A DNA stretch of 64,000 nucleotides from Spirochaetota bacterium (GCA_043803405.1 JAZDKB010000044.1:1-64000), one strand, 5' to 3'. Counted from the first letter of the stretch, positions 10,125-19,702 are shown. Program-made: numbers and translations. Notes: generated by a model not told the origin, from the sequence alone.

Positions 10125-10982
10125 CTATTTAATAAGCTTCAGTTTTTTGAGACTGCATTCAGCGCACTTTTTCTGATATTTTGATGAACTTGTACTGCTT
10201 GTTTTGCTCATCGTAATCGACTTGTCCGGCAGATTATTCAGAAAATCCAGATCAGGCACTCCGCCACTTGTGCAATCCCAGATCACATCCTGAATAGCCT
10301 GATAATCAGAGTATTCAAGCTGGGCAAAATCTACTCCAGCCAGTATGTCCATTATTTCGGAAAGACAGCCCGTGCCAGTCGGTAGTACAATGTTATATCC
10401 TGTATAGTAAGCTTCTTCATCAGGTGCATGTGCACTTAAATTGAGGCAGAACACGGGGAGACATGTTGTTTTTGTTTGCTGCGAAGTGATGGTAATCGTT
10501 ACTTCTTTGATTATCATCATTGGCTGATAACCGCTGTCGCTCGGTACGAAAGTCAAGCCTGCCGGAAGGGTAACAGTTACAGTGCTTGTGGTTGTGTTTG
10601 TTAAAGTGATGGTAATTAGAAAAGAAGATGTCATGTCGCAACCGGCATAACAGGCCTCACTGCAGCTTTCATAAGTTGCCTCCAGCGCTGCTGCCTGAGC
10701 ATCATAGTTCGGATCGTCCGGATCAAGACCTGCCAGTTGTGTCTGCCAGGTATTATAGCAGCTTATATCACATGCGTAGCTCATACAGTTGCTATCATAT
10801 TGCATATAGCAGCTGTAGCTGTCGCCGCTCACTGTCGCGTTTACACCGTTCGGTAAAAGAACGCCTCCGTTAAACACAGGCGTACTTCCGCCTCCGCTGC
10901 TATCGCTGCTGCTGCCGCCGCATGCTGTAAAAATAAATGCTGTGGCGAGCGTAATTGCAAAAAGTTTAAATAATTTGTTCAT
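10125..10982 (-). CDS. Cys-rich lipoprotein with a possible thioester-domain-like region
   Basis: Lipobox FTAC; YQPMM, VFCLN and IQDVIW motifs. Confidence 0.75.
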   Translation of the reverse strand: MNKLFKLFAITLATAFIFTACGGSSSDSSGGGSTPVFNGGVLLPNGVNATVSGDSYSCYMQYDSNCMSYACDISCYNTWQTQLAGLDPDDPNYDAQAAALEATYESCSEACYAGCDMTSSFLITITLTNTTTSTVTVTLPAGLTFVPSDSGYQPMMIIKEVTITITSQQTKTTCLPVFCLNLSAHAPDEEAYYTGYNIVLPTGTGCLSEIMDILAGVDFAQLEYSDYQAIQDVIWDCTSGGVPDLDFLNNLPDKSITMSKTSSTSSSKYQKKCAECSLKKLKLIK

Positions 10983-11182
10983 ACATCCTCCTATTGTTTT
11001 GATATATTATTTGCTAAGTAAATAAAAAAAGACCGTCATTCGCTATGTAAAACACTAACCTGAAACAATGTTCTAAATACAAGCAAAAATTTTTTAATTT
11101 AAAACGGGTTTATGGACTATTTTAATTTTTTAATATGTTTAAAAAACATTAAAACTGCGATTTCTTATCATCTTAATAATAC

Positions 11183-11209
11183 AGTGCTCATTTTGCTCAA
11201 ATCGTCACA
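11183..11209 (-). promoter_or_regulatory. Putative ECF promoter motif, copy 4 (GCACT variant)
   Basis: TGTGACGATT-TGAGCAAAATGA-GCACT. Confidence 0.65.
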
Positions 11210-11226
11210 AAAAAATCGCGCTTGCT

Positions 11227-11260
11227 TATAGAATAAGGGGCCGCAGCCCCTTATTCTATA
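11227..11260. terminator. REP-like palindrome, probable terminator
   Basis: TATAGAATAAGGGGC-CGCA-GCCCCTTATTCTATA immediately after the stop at 11268. Confidence 0.65.
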
Positions 11261-11267
11261 TATTTTT

Positions 11268-13745
11268 TTACAACCCCAGTTTGGCATAGATATCCCTTGA
11301 TAATGTACCATCCTGTCGCCAGATTGCTGAATATTTATTTCCATTCGTTGTAATGTGCGGCATATATGCTGCACTGCCGTCAATGGTTTCCAGCAATACG
11401 GAGCTTGCCCATGAGGAGCCGTCAAAGAGACTCATATAAACGCTGTCATAAGACCCGTCGTACGTGTACCAGACAAGTCCGCAGCCGGAAGTATTAGAGG
11501 CGATAGAAGGGGGCGAACCTTCATCGATCTCAGTTTCAGCTGACCATAAAGCGCCGTTATAAAACTTAACATAGATATTATAATTAAAGTTGATATTGCT
11601 GTATTGACTCCAGGTCGTTACATATCCGGCACCGTATGCAGCGACTGAAGAAGAGTAATCGACATAAGTATCGCCTGTGTCGATTACGTTTGCTCCACTC
11701 CACGCTGTACCGTTATATATGTTCGCATATGCGTTATTGTACAAACCGTCACTCTGACCCCAGACAACCGCATAACCTGTGCCGTTGGAAGCAACAGCAG
11801 GTATATACAGATAGCCTGTAGAAGTACTGAGCTTACTCTCCGTTCCCCATGATGAACCATCGCATAAATTTGCGTATAAGGAGTAAGTTGCACCGTCGTA
11901 CTGGCTCCAGACTGCGGCGTATCCTGTTCCGTTTGAAGCGATTACTGGGCTATATGAAGAGTCTGCCTGGGATTCGATTAAAGTTTCCGCGCTCCATGAA
12001 GTCCCATTGTATATGCTGGCATATATGCTTGGGATGTTTGGATCATACTTATGCCATACAGCTGCAAAACCTGTGCCATTGGAAGCTACAGAGGGTTCGT
12101 ATGAATAGTAATTAGTAGATTCGAGTTTTACTTCAGTTCCCCATGAGGATCCGTCAAAAGATCTTGCATGTATATCTCCGTTTGATTCATAAACCACCAT
12201 AAAAATAGTACCGTTTGTGGCAAGAGATGGATTGTATGAATATTCATAGGTCTCAGCATTGCCTGCAAGCTTAACAGGTGTTTCCCATGTCCCGGTTATA
12301 TTGACGCTTGCATAAGTGCAATATGATCCGCTATTGTACTGCTGCCACACAGCCAGCGATTTTCCCGCATCATTTGTAGCAAGCTTGTAATAATCGCAAA
12401 GGCCTTTGTGAAGGCTTACCGCAAGGCTTTTTTCGGAGGACCAGCTTGTCCCGCTATATATGGATGTGACTATATTGCTGTTCCCGCTTGCATCTATCTG
12501 CTCCCACGCAGCAGCAAAAGAATCAGTGCTGCCTTTCTTTACGATTAACGGATAAAGCGCCCGACCGCTACCGTGTTCGAGCAATGCGGATGCTCCCCAT
12601 GAAGAGCCGTTGTATATGCTGGCGTAAATATTATACGCTTCGCTGTCTTCCTGGTACCATGTGACAGCATAAGAAGTGCCGCTTTGGGCTATGGAAGGCA
12701 GGCTCGAGTACGTAGTTGCCAACCCAACGTCAGTTGCTGTGCCCCATGTACTTCCGTTATAAAAGCACGCGAATATGCTGTACGAAGATCCACCCCACTG
12801 CGACCATACTGCAGCGTAACCCGCTCCGTTTGAAGCAATATCCGGATTGAAAGAGTCGGAGGATCCTGATGAAATAACAGTTGCCATACCCCAGCCTGCA
12901 TTATAAATATTGACGTAACTATTATAGTGGCTCGCATCACGCTGATACCAGATTACTGCATAGGTCGTGCCGTTGGAGGCGATAGCGGGCAAGTCCGCGC
13001 TATAATCAGTAACCTCGTCAATATCCGCTACACCGGTCCAAATAGTTCCGTTATATACATTAGCGTAAAGATTGTATCTTGAGCCCGTATACTGATTCCA
13101 TGCTAAGGCATACCCGGTTCCATTTGATGCTATACAAAAGCTGGAAATATTATTGGCAACGTTATCTATTCGGGACGCTGTGCCCCATGCTGAGCCGTTA
13201 TAAATATTCGCGTACAGAACGTAATTGCTGCCATTCCATTGATTCCATGCAACAGCATATTGTCCGGTTGTGCCTCTTGCAGCTATTTTCGGTTCATAAC
13301 CATACCCGGATTCTGATTCTATCGAAGACTCTGCACTCCAGTCCGTACCGTCATAAGTACGCATATATATGTTGCCGGACTTGTTGTATACAACCATAAA
13401 ATTAGTGCCGTCTGTAGCTATAGAAGGATTGGAACCATATAGCACCAGCTGGAGTTCGTCAGACCATGAAGAGCCAGAATATACAGAATACAGAACTTCG
13501 TAATATACTCCGTTATATACATGCCATACTGAAAGACCAGTAGAGCCTGTACTATTAAATGCTACACTCTGATGTTCGTGTTTGCCGGATGTATCGCCGT
13601 TTATCTTCAATGCATCAGTCGAAGGCGGAGCTGTAGGGTCCGTTCCCTCTCCCCCTCCGCCGCTACTGCTGCTCCCGCCGCCGCAGGCTGTAAAAAGAAA
13701 CGCTGTGACAAGCGTAATTGCAAAAAGTTTCAAAAATTTGTTCAT
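11268..13745 (-). CDS. Large lipoprotein with beta-propeller-like repeats
   Basis: ~47-aa repeats P.IASNGTGYAAVW.Q...IYA.IYNG.SWG; lipobox FTAC; start moved to the ATG after the RBS. Confidence 0.85.
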   Translation of the reverse strand: MNKFLKLFAITLVTAFLFTACGGGSSSSGGGGEGTDPTAPPSTDALKINGDTSGKHEHQSVAFNSTGSTGLSVWHVYNGVYYEVLYSVYSGSSWSDELQLVLYGSNPSIATDGTNFMVVYNKSGNIYMRTYDGTDWSAESSIESESGYGYEPKIAARGTTGQYAVAWNQWNGSNYVLYANIYNGSAWGTASRIDNVANNISSFCIASNGTGYALAWNQYTGSRYNLYANVYNGTIWTGVADIDEVTDYSADLPAIASNGTTYAVIWYQRDASHYNSYVNIYNAGWGMATVISSGSSDSFNPDIASNGAGYAAVWSQWGGSSYSIFACFYNGSTWGTATDVGLATTYSSLPSIAQSGTSYAVTWYQEDSEAYNIYASIYNGSSWGASALLEHGSGRALYPLIVKKGSTDSFAAAWEQIDASGNSNIVTSIYSGTSWSSEKSLAVSLHKGLCDYYKLATNDAGKSLAVWQQYNSGSYCTYASVNITGTWETPVKLAGNAETYEYSYNPSLATNGTIFMVVYESNGDIHARSFDGSSWGTEVKLESTNYYSYEPSVASNGTGFAAVWHKYDPNIPSIYASIYNGTSWSAETLIESQADSSYSPVIASNGTGYAAVWSQYDGATYSLYANLCDGSSWGTESKLSTSTGYLYIPAVASNGTGYAVVWGQSDGLYNNAYANIYNGTAWSGANVIDTGDTYVDYSSSVAAYGAGYVTTWSQYSNINFNYNIYVKFYNGALWSAETEIDEGSPPSIASNTSGCGLVWYTYDGSYDSVYMSLFDGSSWASSVLLETIDGSAAYMPHITTNGNKYSAIWRQDGTLSRDIYAKLGL

Positions 13746-13782
13746 ACATCCTCCTGATTCTTTTTGATTAAAATAATTTATC

Positions 13783-13847
13783 ATACCATGGAGCACTATT
13801 GCTATAAGACCGTGTAAATTAAAAGCGCAAGTCTCTACACTGACCGC
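13783..13847 (-). repeat. 65-bp leader element duplicated at 16701-16765
   Basis: 64/65 identical; runs into TGGTAT(G/A)AT, an extended -10-like sequence. Confidence 0.8.
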
Positions 13848-14035
13848 TGTACTTTGCCCCTGCATATAAAACAGCCGATAGACATTCTGCAAATCCTGAA
13901 ATGGCAGTGCGGAAAATGGAATAAGCAAATTTAAATTTAGTTATGTGTTTATCAGGCTTTTTTTGTTTTTAGCCGTATCATAATAATATATCAAACAATA
14001 ATCCAAACGACGAATTTTTAGTCCTCTTATAATGT

Positions 14036-14062
14036 AGTTCAGGTTTTGTCCGAATCGTCACA
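14036..14062 (-). promoter_or_regulatory. Putative ECF promoter motif, copy 5
   Basis: TGTGACGATT-CGGACAAAACCT-GAACT. Confidence 0.75.
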
Positions 14063-14217
14063 AAGAAAATCGCAGTTTTATAAAGCAGGACAATAGGCTC
14101 GTGCCCATTGTCTTGCCGCTCACGCGCCCGTAAAAGCAAAACCGGCGGGGCAGGCCGCTGGTGATAAATATAATGTTCTTAATCTTTCTTTAGAATAAAA
14201 GATGTCTTCAAAAAAAT

Positions 14218-14490
14218 CTATTTAAAAAGCTCCGTATGACTTCCAGTTCTTTCAAAGATAATTTTATCACTATCGATTTTATAGACAAGAAGCCAGTCTG
14301 GTCCAATATGACATTCTTTGCGGTTTTTGTATGTGCCGGATAAATAGTGTTCCTTGTATTTTGAGTCTAATTTCTCGCCAGCGGAAAGTTTCCGCATAAC
14401 AGTTTTTAATTTTTCTATGTCTTTGCGTCCTGATTTTTTAATTCTTCTATAATCCTTTTCAAATCTCTTTGTGGTCTGAATTATATACAT
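14218..14490 (-). CDS. yafQ: YafQ-family mRNA interferase toxin
   Basis: KEHYLSG...KECHIGPDWLLVY...RTGSHTELF. Confidence 0.9.
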   Translation of the reverse strand: MYIIQTTKRFEKDYRRIKKSGRKDIEKLKTVMRKLSAGEKLDSKYKEHYLSGTYKNRKECHIGPDWLLVYKIDSDKIIFERTGSHTELFK

Positions 14491-14492
14491 TA

Positions 14493-14705
14493 TTATTTCA
14501 TTTTATTAAAAAACTCATCAAGAGAAGAATAGGTATTTAGATTTTTTCTGTTATCAGTATCTTTGAAAGTTTTTTTTGTAGTTCTGTTTGGGATATTCCT
14601 GCTCTCGGATTTTAAAAAATGCATATAATGCAAAAGAGAATCAACTTTATCTTCCGGGAAATTCATTAATTCTGTTATTAGATTTTTTTTTGCTTTTGTA
14701 AACAT
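14493..14705 (-). CDS. Cognate antitoxin
   Basis: 70 aa directly upstream of yafQ; IPN.TT and acidic YSSLDEFF tail like DinJ/RelB C-termini. Confidence 0.7.
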   Translation of the reverse strand: MFTKAKKNLITELMNFPEDKVDSLLHYMHFLKSESRNIPNRTTKKTFKDTDNRKNLNTYSSLDEFFNKMK

Positions 14706-14980
14706 TCTGATTGCCTCATTATGGAATAAATCTAACGGAATATAAAGTCTATGATAGTTTATATCCTGCTGTTAAATTAAGTAATAAATAATTATTAGTC
14801 AAGTCCAAAAATATCTTTTGAATATGCACCGTCCGAATCGTTTTAAAAAAACTTTAGCTTCTCCCGCGCCCGTAAAAGCAAAACCGGCGGGGTAGGCCCG
14901 CCGGTTTGTGTTATTGTCTATGTCTCATAGACCTGATTAGCAAATTTAAGTTTAAATAAAGATTAACCGGTAAACCCGCA

Positions 14981-16663
14981 TTACTTGCTTACCCAGAATT
15001 TAAATACTCCGCGGGAATTATTTAGAACAGAGCCTCCGGTTGCTTTCTCACAAGCAAAAAATCTTGGATTGCCATTTGTTATTTGACACCACTTTGCCGA
15101 CGTTCCGCCGCTTGTTTTGGTCTGTATTACAAGATTATCTGTACCATTATAATAAAACGGAGTGCTAAGCGGGATCTCAATCCAGTCGCCTCCCAGCAGA
15201 TTAGCAGATAAATTAAACGTATTATTGAAAACAGTAGTTCCTCCAGCCACATTAGTTGCATCATCAGCCACAAGGGAATTTTGTGTTGTATGCGCAAGAA
15301 TTACAGTAAAGTCCGGATATGCAATAGGAACAGAACCGCTCGAAGAAGATAACCGGAATGCGAGCCTGGTTATAGAACCTGATGTTCCTAGTTCTGCAGC
15401 GCGTAAAATAAACTGGTATCCTCCGGATGAGTTACCGAAGACAGTAGCGTCTCCGTCATACTTATCGATCACGTCCATTGTCCCGCCATAGAAGCGAAAT
15501 ACTGGTTCAAATCCTCTATCCATGAGTGAACCATTTGTCGCATTAAGAGTAGCCGCTAAAAGCGTGCGGTCTGTCGAGATGTCTTCATAATCAACAGCAT
15601 AACTTGCAGAACTTGTGCATGATATATCTATAAGCAAGTTGCTTGTACCGTCATAGGTAAAGCTTCCGATATTAAACGGTATCCATACTGCAGAAGTACT
15701 TCCAGCCGGAATATGATATGCAAGATTCTGTGTTACGGTTACAGGAGTAACTCCGCCATAATTAACCGAAAATTGATTGCTTGTCAGTGTAGTTGTGCTT
15801 GATGGCAAATGTGCAATCTTTACACTCAGTTCCGTAATATCCGATGAAGCAGTTGTAGTACTGGGTCTGATTGCCATACCGGTTATCATGCCAGATCCAT
15901 TAATATCAGAAGCTAAAATCAGCATCTGTGTACGGCCTGTCTCTCCTGGAGCTATACTATTCCCGTTATCACCATCAGAATCCGCGCAGATTATATTGTT
16001 ATCCCCGCCAGCGAATGTAAATTTAGCGTTATGAACCCATTTTTCAACAGATCCAGTTGTGTTGCCTGATGTATATGACCAGAGTGTCGAGTCGTCAACC
16101 AAACCCCCTTGAATTCCGTCATAAACATCCCCTGAGCAGGCTGCAGTCCTTTCGAACTCAACAATTAAATTATCCACTCCGTTATAATCGAACGGAGTTG
16201 TAAACGTGATATTATGCCATGTGCCTGCCGCATCTGCAGGAAATGTCACAGTTCCATTCGATAAGACAGTTGTTTGTCCTCCCTTCCCATTCGAAACATT
16301 ATTAGCGAATGTGTCTGTAACAGCCGAAAGGCTGGTATGGCCTAATTTAATCGTAAGGTTGGTACAGGTTACATTTGTTCCCAATCCTGTATGATATTGA
16401 ATCGCAATACCTGTGATCTTTCCCGAAGCATTTATTGCGCTGTTTGTACTGCCGCTTGCCTTATACAGACTTTGCCAGTGAGCATAAACACTAGATTGAT
16501 TAAATGAACCTGCATAGTTGCTGCTAACATTACTGGCTATTTTCGTAAACGTCCCAGCGGGCGTGGCACCCGGACCGCTGTCGCTGCTGCTCCCGCCGCC
16601 GCAGGCTGTAAAAAGAAACGCTGTAGCGAGCGTAATTGCAAAAAGTTTAAATAATTTGTTCAT
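14981..16663 (-). CDS. Lipoprotein with three tandem beta-sandwich repeats
   Basis: Three copies of Q.L..AS...SG.IT..A...W..I.F...F.Y.G..NL(I/V); lipobox FTAC. Confidence 0.8.
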   Translation of the reverse strand: MNKLFKLFAITLATAFLFTACGGGSSSDSGPGATPAGTFTKIASNVSSNYAGSFNQSSVYAHWQSLYKASGSTNSAINASGKITGIAIQYHTGLGTNVTCTNLTIKLGHTSLSAVTDTFANNVSNGKGGQTTVLSNGTVTFPADAAGTWHNITFTTPFDYNGVDNLIVEFERTAACSGDVYDGIQGGLVDDSTLWSYTSGNTTGSVEKWVHNAKFTFAGGDNNIICADSDGDNGNSIAPGETGRTQMLILASDINGSGMITGMAIRPSTTTASSDITELSVKIAHLPSSTTTLTSNQFSVNYGGVTPVTVTQNLAYHIPAGSTSAVWIPFNIGSFTYDGTSNLLIDISCTSSASYAVDYEDISTDRTLLAATLNATNGSLMDRGFEPVFRFYGGTMDVIDKYDGDATVFGNSSGGYQFILRAAELGTSGSITRLAFRLSSSSGSVPIAYPDFTVILAHTTQNSLVADDATNVAGGTTVFNNTFNLSANLLGGDWIEIPLSTPFYYNGTDNLVIQTKTSGGTSAKWCQITNGNPRFFACEKATGGSVLNNSRGVFKFWVSK

Positions 16664-16796
16664 ATATCCTCCTGAATTTTCTTAAAAAAAATATTTTATT
16701 ATACCATGGAGCACTATTGCTATAAGACCGTGTGAATTAAAAGCGCAAGTCTCTACACTGACCGCCCATACGGTACCTATGCTATTCGCAAAATTC

Positions 16797-19043
16797 CTAT
16801 TGAACCTTTGTAAAAACGTTTTTATTGTTGTCTTTGCCGCATGTTCCGTTTCCAAGCTGGCCATAGTAATTATATCCCCAAGTCGATATTGTTCCATTCG
16901 ACTTTAGTGCAGCCGTATGCTCAAAATATCCTCCGGACACATATCCCCAGTTTGTATCTGTTCCAATCCGTACGGGTACGTTCCGGCTTACATTCGTTCC
17001 ATCACCGACCTGGCCATGTTCGTTATAACCCCACATATAGAGAGCGCCGCTGGTTTTTATGGCGATGCTGTGGCCATAACCTCCTGACACATAAAGCCAG
17101 TCTGTATCAGACCCGATCTGTACAGGCGCGTCTTTTGGGGAATACGATCCATCCCCATGCTGGCCATAGAAGTTAGCGCCCCATGCATATAGTGTGCCGT
17201 TTGTCTTTACGGCAAGCGTATGATAAGATCCTGCGTATATAGCTGCCCAGTTAGTATCTGCGCCTATATGTACAGGCACGTTCTTGTTGGCAGTATCCGG
17301 TCCGTCTCCAAGCTGACCATAGGCGTCCCATCCCCATGCCCAGAGACTACCGTCGGTTTTAATAGCAACAGTATGATTACCCCCGGCACACACGGATCTC
17401 CAGTCAGCAGAACCAATCTGTACAGGCGTATTCCTGTTGGAATTCAACCCATCCCCAAGCTGGCCGTACTGATTATATCCCCATGCCCAGAGCGTATTAC
17501 CGGCTTTTATTGCCGTACTATGGAATTGTCCGGCAGAAACGGATGCCCAGTCGGTACCGGAACCTATCTTTACAGGCATCATCCCGATGGAGTCTGTTCC
17601 GTTACCAAGTTGACCGTACGAGCCATAACCCCACGCATAAAGCGTACCGTCGGTCTTTAAGGCAAGTGTATGATAATATCCCGCAGATACAGATTTCCAG
17701 TTTGCATCAGTCCCTATCTTAACAGGTGTTTTTTTATCCACCCATGTCCCATCCCCTAATTGAGCCCATCCGCCATTACCCCATGTATAAAGTGTATGAT
17801 TGGTTTTTATGGCAACAGTATGTATAGCTCCCGCAGATATACCTGCCCAGTCACTATCCGAAATTTGATTTGGTATATTCTTATCATTGTCCCTGCCGGA
17901 TATCCCGATTCCAAGTTGACCGTCATAATTATCTCCGCTAGCCCATATAGTGCCGTTTGTTTTAAGTGCCTCTGTGAATGTTGATCCTGCAGAAGCTGCT
18001 GCCCAGTCAGTATCCGTGCCTATCTGAACCGGTATGTTCGTCATGTAATTATCTATTCCATTCCCAAATTGACCGGAATAACCATCTCCGCATCCCCAGA
18101 GCGCTCCGCTGGTCTTTACAACAACCGTAAAATATTCTCCACAGTCCGCTGATTTCCAGTCTGTTTCCGAACCAATGTGAACAGGAACACTTTTATTATT
18201 GTAAGTTCCATCTCCCAACTGTCCGCTCCCGTTATAACCCCACGCGTAGAGCGTCCCGCCGGTCTTTATAGCAATTGTATGATATGCGCCGCCTGAAACA
18301 AATGCCCAGTCAGTATCCGTACCTATTTGTACTGGCGCATTCTTTTCTGTCCCTGTTCCGGATTCATTGTTTCCAAGCTGGCCGTATTCATTATATCCCC
18401 ACGCGTAAAGAGCTCCGCCGGTCTTTATTGCAATTGTATGATATGCGCCGCCTGAAACAAATGCCCAGTCAGTATCCGTACCTATCTGTACAGGCGCGTT
18501 CTTGCTGGTATTATCCGGTCCGTCCCCAAGCTGACCATATGCGTCATATCCCCACGCGTAAAGAGCTCCGCCGGTCTTTACTGCGACAGTGTGATAGTCT
18601 CCGGTGGACACGGAAGCCCAGTCTGTATCTGAACCAATCTGTACAGGTTCAGATTTGGCCTCCCATGTACCATCGCCCAATTGCCCGGATCCATTGTCTC
18701 CCCATGCCCAGAGGGTCCCGTCTGTCTTTAAAGCAATTGTATGTCCTCCGCCTGTAGAAACATATTTCCAGTCAGTAGCTGACCCGACTTTAACCGGACT
18801 TTTTTTAAGAACATTCGTTCCATCTCCCACCTGACCATATCTATTACTCCCCCATGCATACATACTCCCGTTCGCGTCAATCGCCGCGCAATGATTTCTT
18901 CCGGCAGATACGAATGCCCAAACCGTCGATGTGCTTCCGCTTCCTCCGCTGCTCTTGCTGCTATCGCCTCCGCAGGCGCATACGATAAAAATAAGCAGCT
19001 CAACAAGCAGAACTATACCTACTGATTTAAAAATATTTTTCAT
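16797..19043 (-). CDS. RCC1/BLIP-II repeat lipoprotein
   Basis: About 14 repeats VSAG..HT.A(I/L)KTDGTL(Y/W)AWG.N..GQLGDG; lipobox VCAC. Confidence 0.9.
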   Translation of the reverse strand: MKNIFKSVGIVLLVELLIFIVCACGGDSSKSSGGSGSTSTVWAFVSAGRNHCAAIDANGSMYAWGSNRYGQVGDGTNVLKKSPVKVGSATDWKYVSTGGGHTIALKTDGTLWAWGDNGSGQLGDGTWEAKSEPVQIGSDTDWASVSTGDYHTVAVKTGGALYAWGYDAYGQLGDGPDNTSKNAPVQIGTDTDWAFVSGGAYHTIAIKTGGALYAWGYNEYGQLGNNESGTGTEKNAPVQIGTDTDWAFVSGGAYHTIAIKTGGTLYAWGYNGSGQLGDGTYNNKSVPVHIGSETDWKSADCGEYFTVVVKTSGALWGCGDGYSGQFGNGIDNYMTNIPVQIGTDTDWAAASAGSTFTEALKTNGTIWASGDNYDGQLGIGISGRDNDKNIPNQISDSDWAGISAGAIHTVAIKTNHTLYTWGNGGWAQLGDGTWVDKKTPVKIGTDANWKSVSAGYYHTLALKTDGTLYAWGYGSYGQLGNGTDSIGMMPVKIGSGTDWASVSAGQFHSTAIKAGNTLWAWGYNQYGQLGDGLNSNRNTPVQIGSADWRSVCAGGNHTVAIKTDGSLWAWGWDAYGQLGDGPDTANKNVPVHIGADTNWAAIYAGSYHTLAVKTNGTLYAWGANFYGQHGDGSYSPKDAPVQIGSDTDWLYVSGGYGHSIAIKTSGALYMWGYNEHGQVGDGTNVSRNVPVRIGTDTNWGYVSGGYFEHTAALKSNGTISTWGYNYYGQLGNGTCGKDNNKNVFTKVQ

Positions 19044-19410
19044 ATATCCTCCCGGATTTATTTTAAATTTTGACTTGTTGCAATTAGAAAGTGTCATTTT
19101 TCGTCGCTATACTCCTCGAAATGATAGTTTTGCAACAAATCAATCATCTATTTATTATACCCGAAAAAGGCGGACGCTTCGCAGGGGCAGCAATCCCCTG
19201 CGAAAACGTCCTATGCATCATCAAAAAATTAAATTTAGGGTAAAATCTTCTTTAATATCAGATAATAATTATGTTTAAACTGCCGCGCCTGCGACCTAGT
19301 AACGGAAGCCTGCGCAGCAGCCTGCTTTGCAGCAGATTATTTTTGTGTATCATACAAAAATATTAAACAAATGCAAAGATGGCGATTTTTTTCACTATCC
19401 TTAATATATA

Positions 19411-19437
19411 AGTTCAATTTTTAGCCGAATCGTCACA
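19411..19437 (-). promoter_or_regulatory. Putative ECF promoter motif, copy 6
   Basis: TGTGACGATT-CGGCTAAAAATT-GAACT facing the RCC1 gene. Confidence 0.75.
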
Positions 19438-19573
19438 AAAAAAATGTGTTTTGGGTTTATAATGAATGCTATACGGAGTGTAATTAACGGTATATGAAGG
19501 AATTATTTTATGATTGCAATTTTTTGTTACTCATCTCTCATATAAATAATTTTATGAAAAGAGTCATTTTTTT

Positions 19574-19600
19574 TGTGACGATTCGGCTAAAAATTGAACT
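19574..19600 (+). promoter_or_regulatory. Putative ECF promoter motif, copy 7
   Basis: Identical to copy 6 but on the + strand, facing the FecR gene. Confidence 0.75.
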
Positions 19601-19702
19601 TATATATTGGATAAGAAAGAGAGGTCTTACCATTTGACCGCAGAGGCGCAGGTTAATTTTTGCGTCTCTGCGGTTACTCTTTACTTTACCAGGGAAGGAA
19701 AT

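Larger units (their letters stand above)
14123..14892. repeat. 28-bp direct repeats (14123-14150 and 14865-14892) flanking the TA module
   Basis: CGCGCCCGTAAAAGCAAAACCGGCGGGG identical in both copies; each leads into the array terminator hairpin. Confidence 0.85.

Noticed and set aside
1571..14907. AAAACCGGCGG hairpins as integron attC sites
   Set aside because: Too short, no R/L boxes and no integrase; shape and position fit intrinsic terminators
5256..19097. Extended N-termini given by the ORF track for several lipoproteins (starts 5351, 7769, 13928, 19097)
   Set aside because: A downstream ATG with a GGAGG RBS and a signal peptide is the better start; two of the extensions run through the promoter motif
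19279..19336. c-di-GMP-I riboswitch
   Set aside because: A GNRA hairpin is present but the conserved GCAAA..GACGCAAA junction sequences are not
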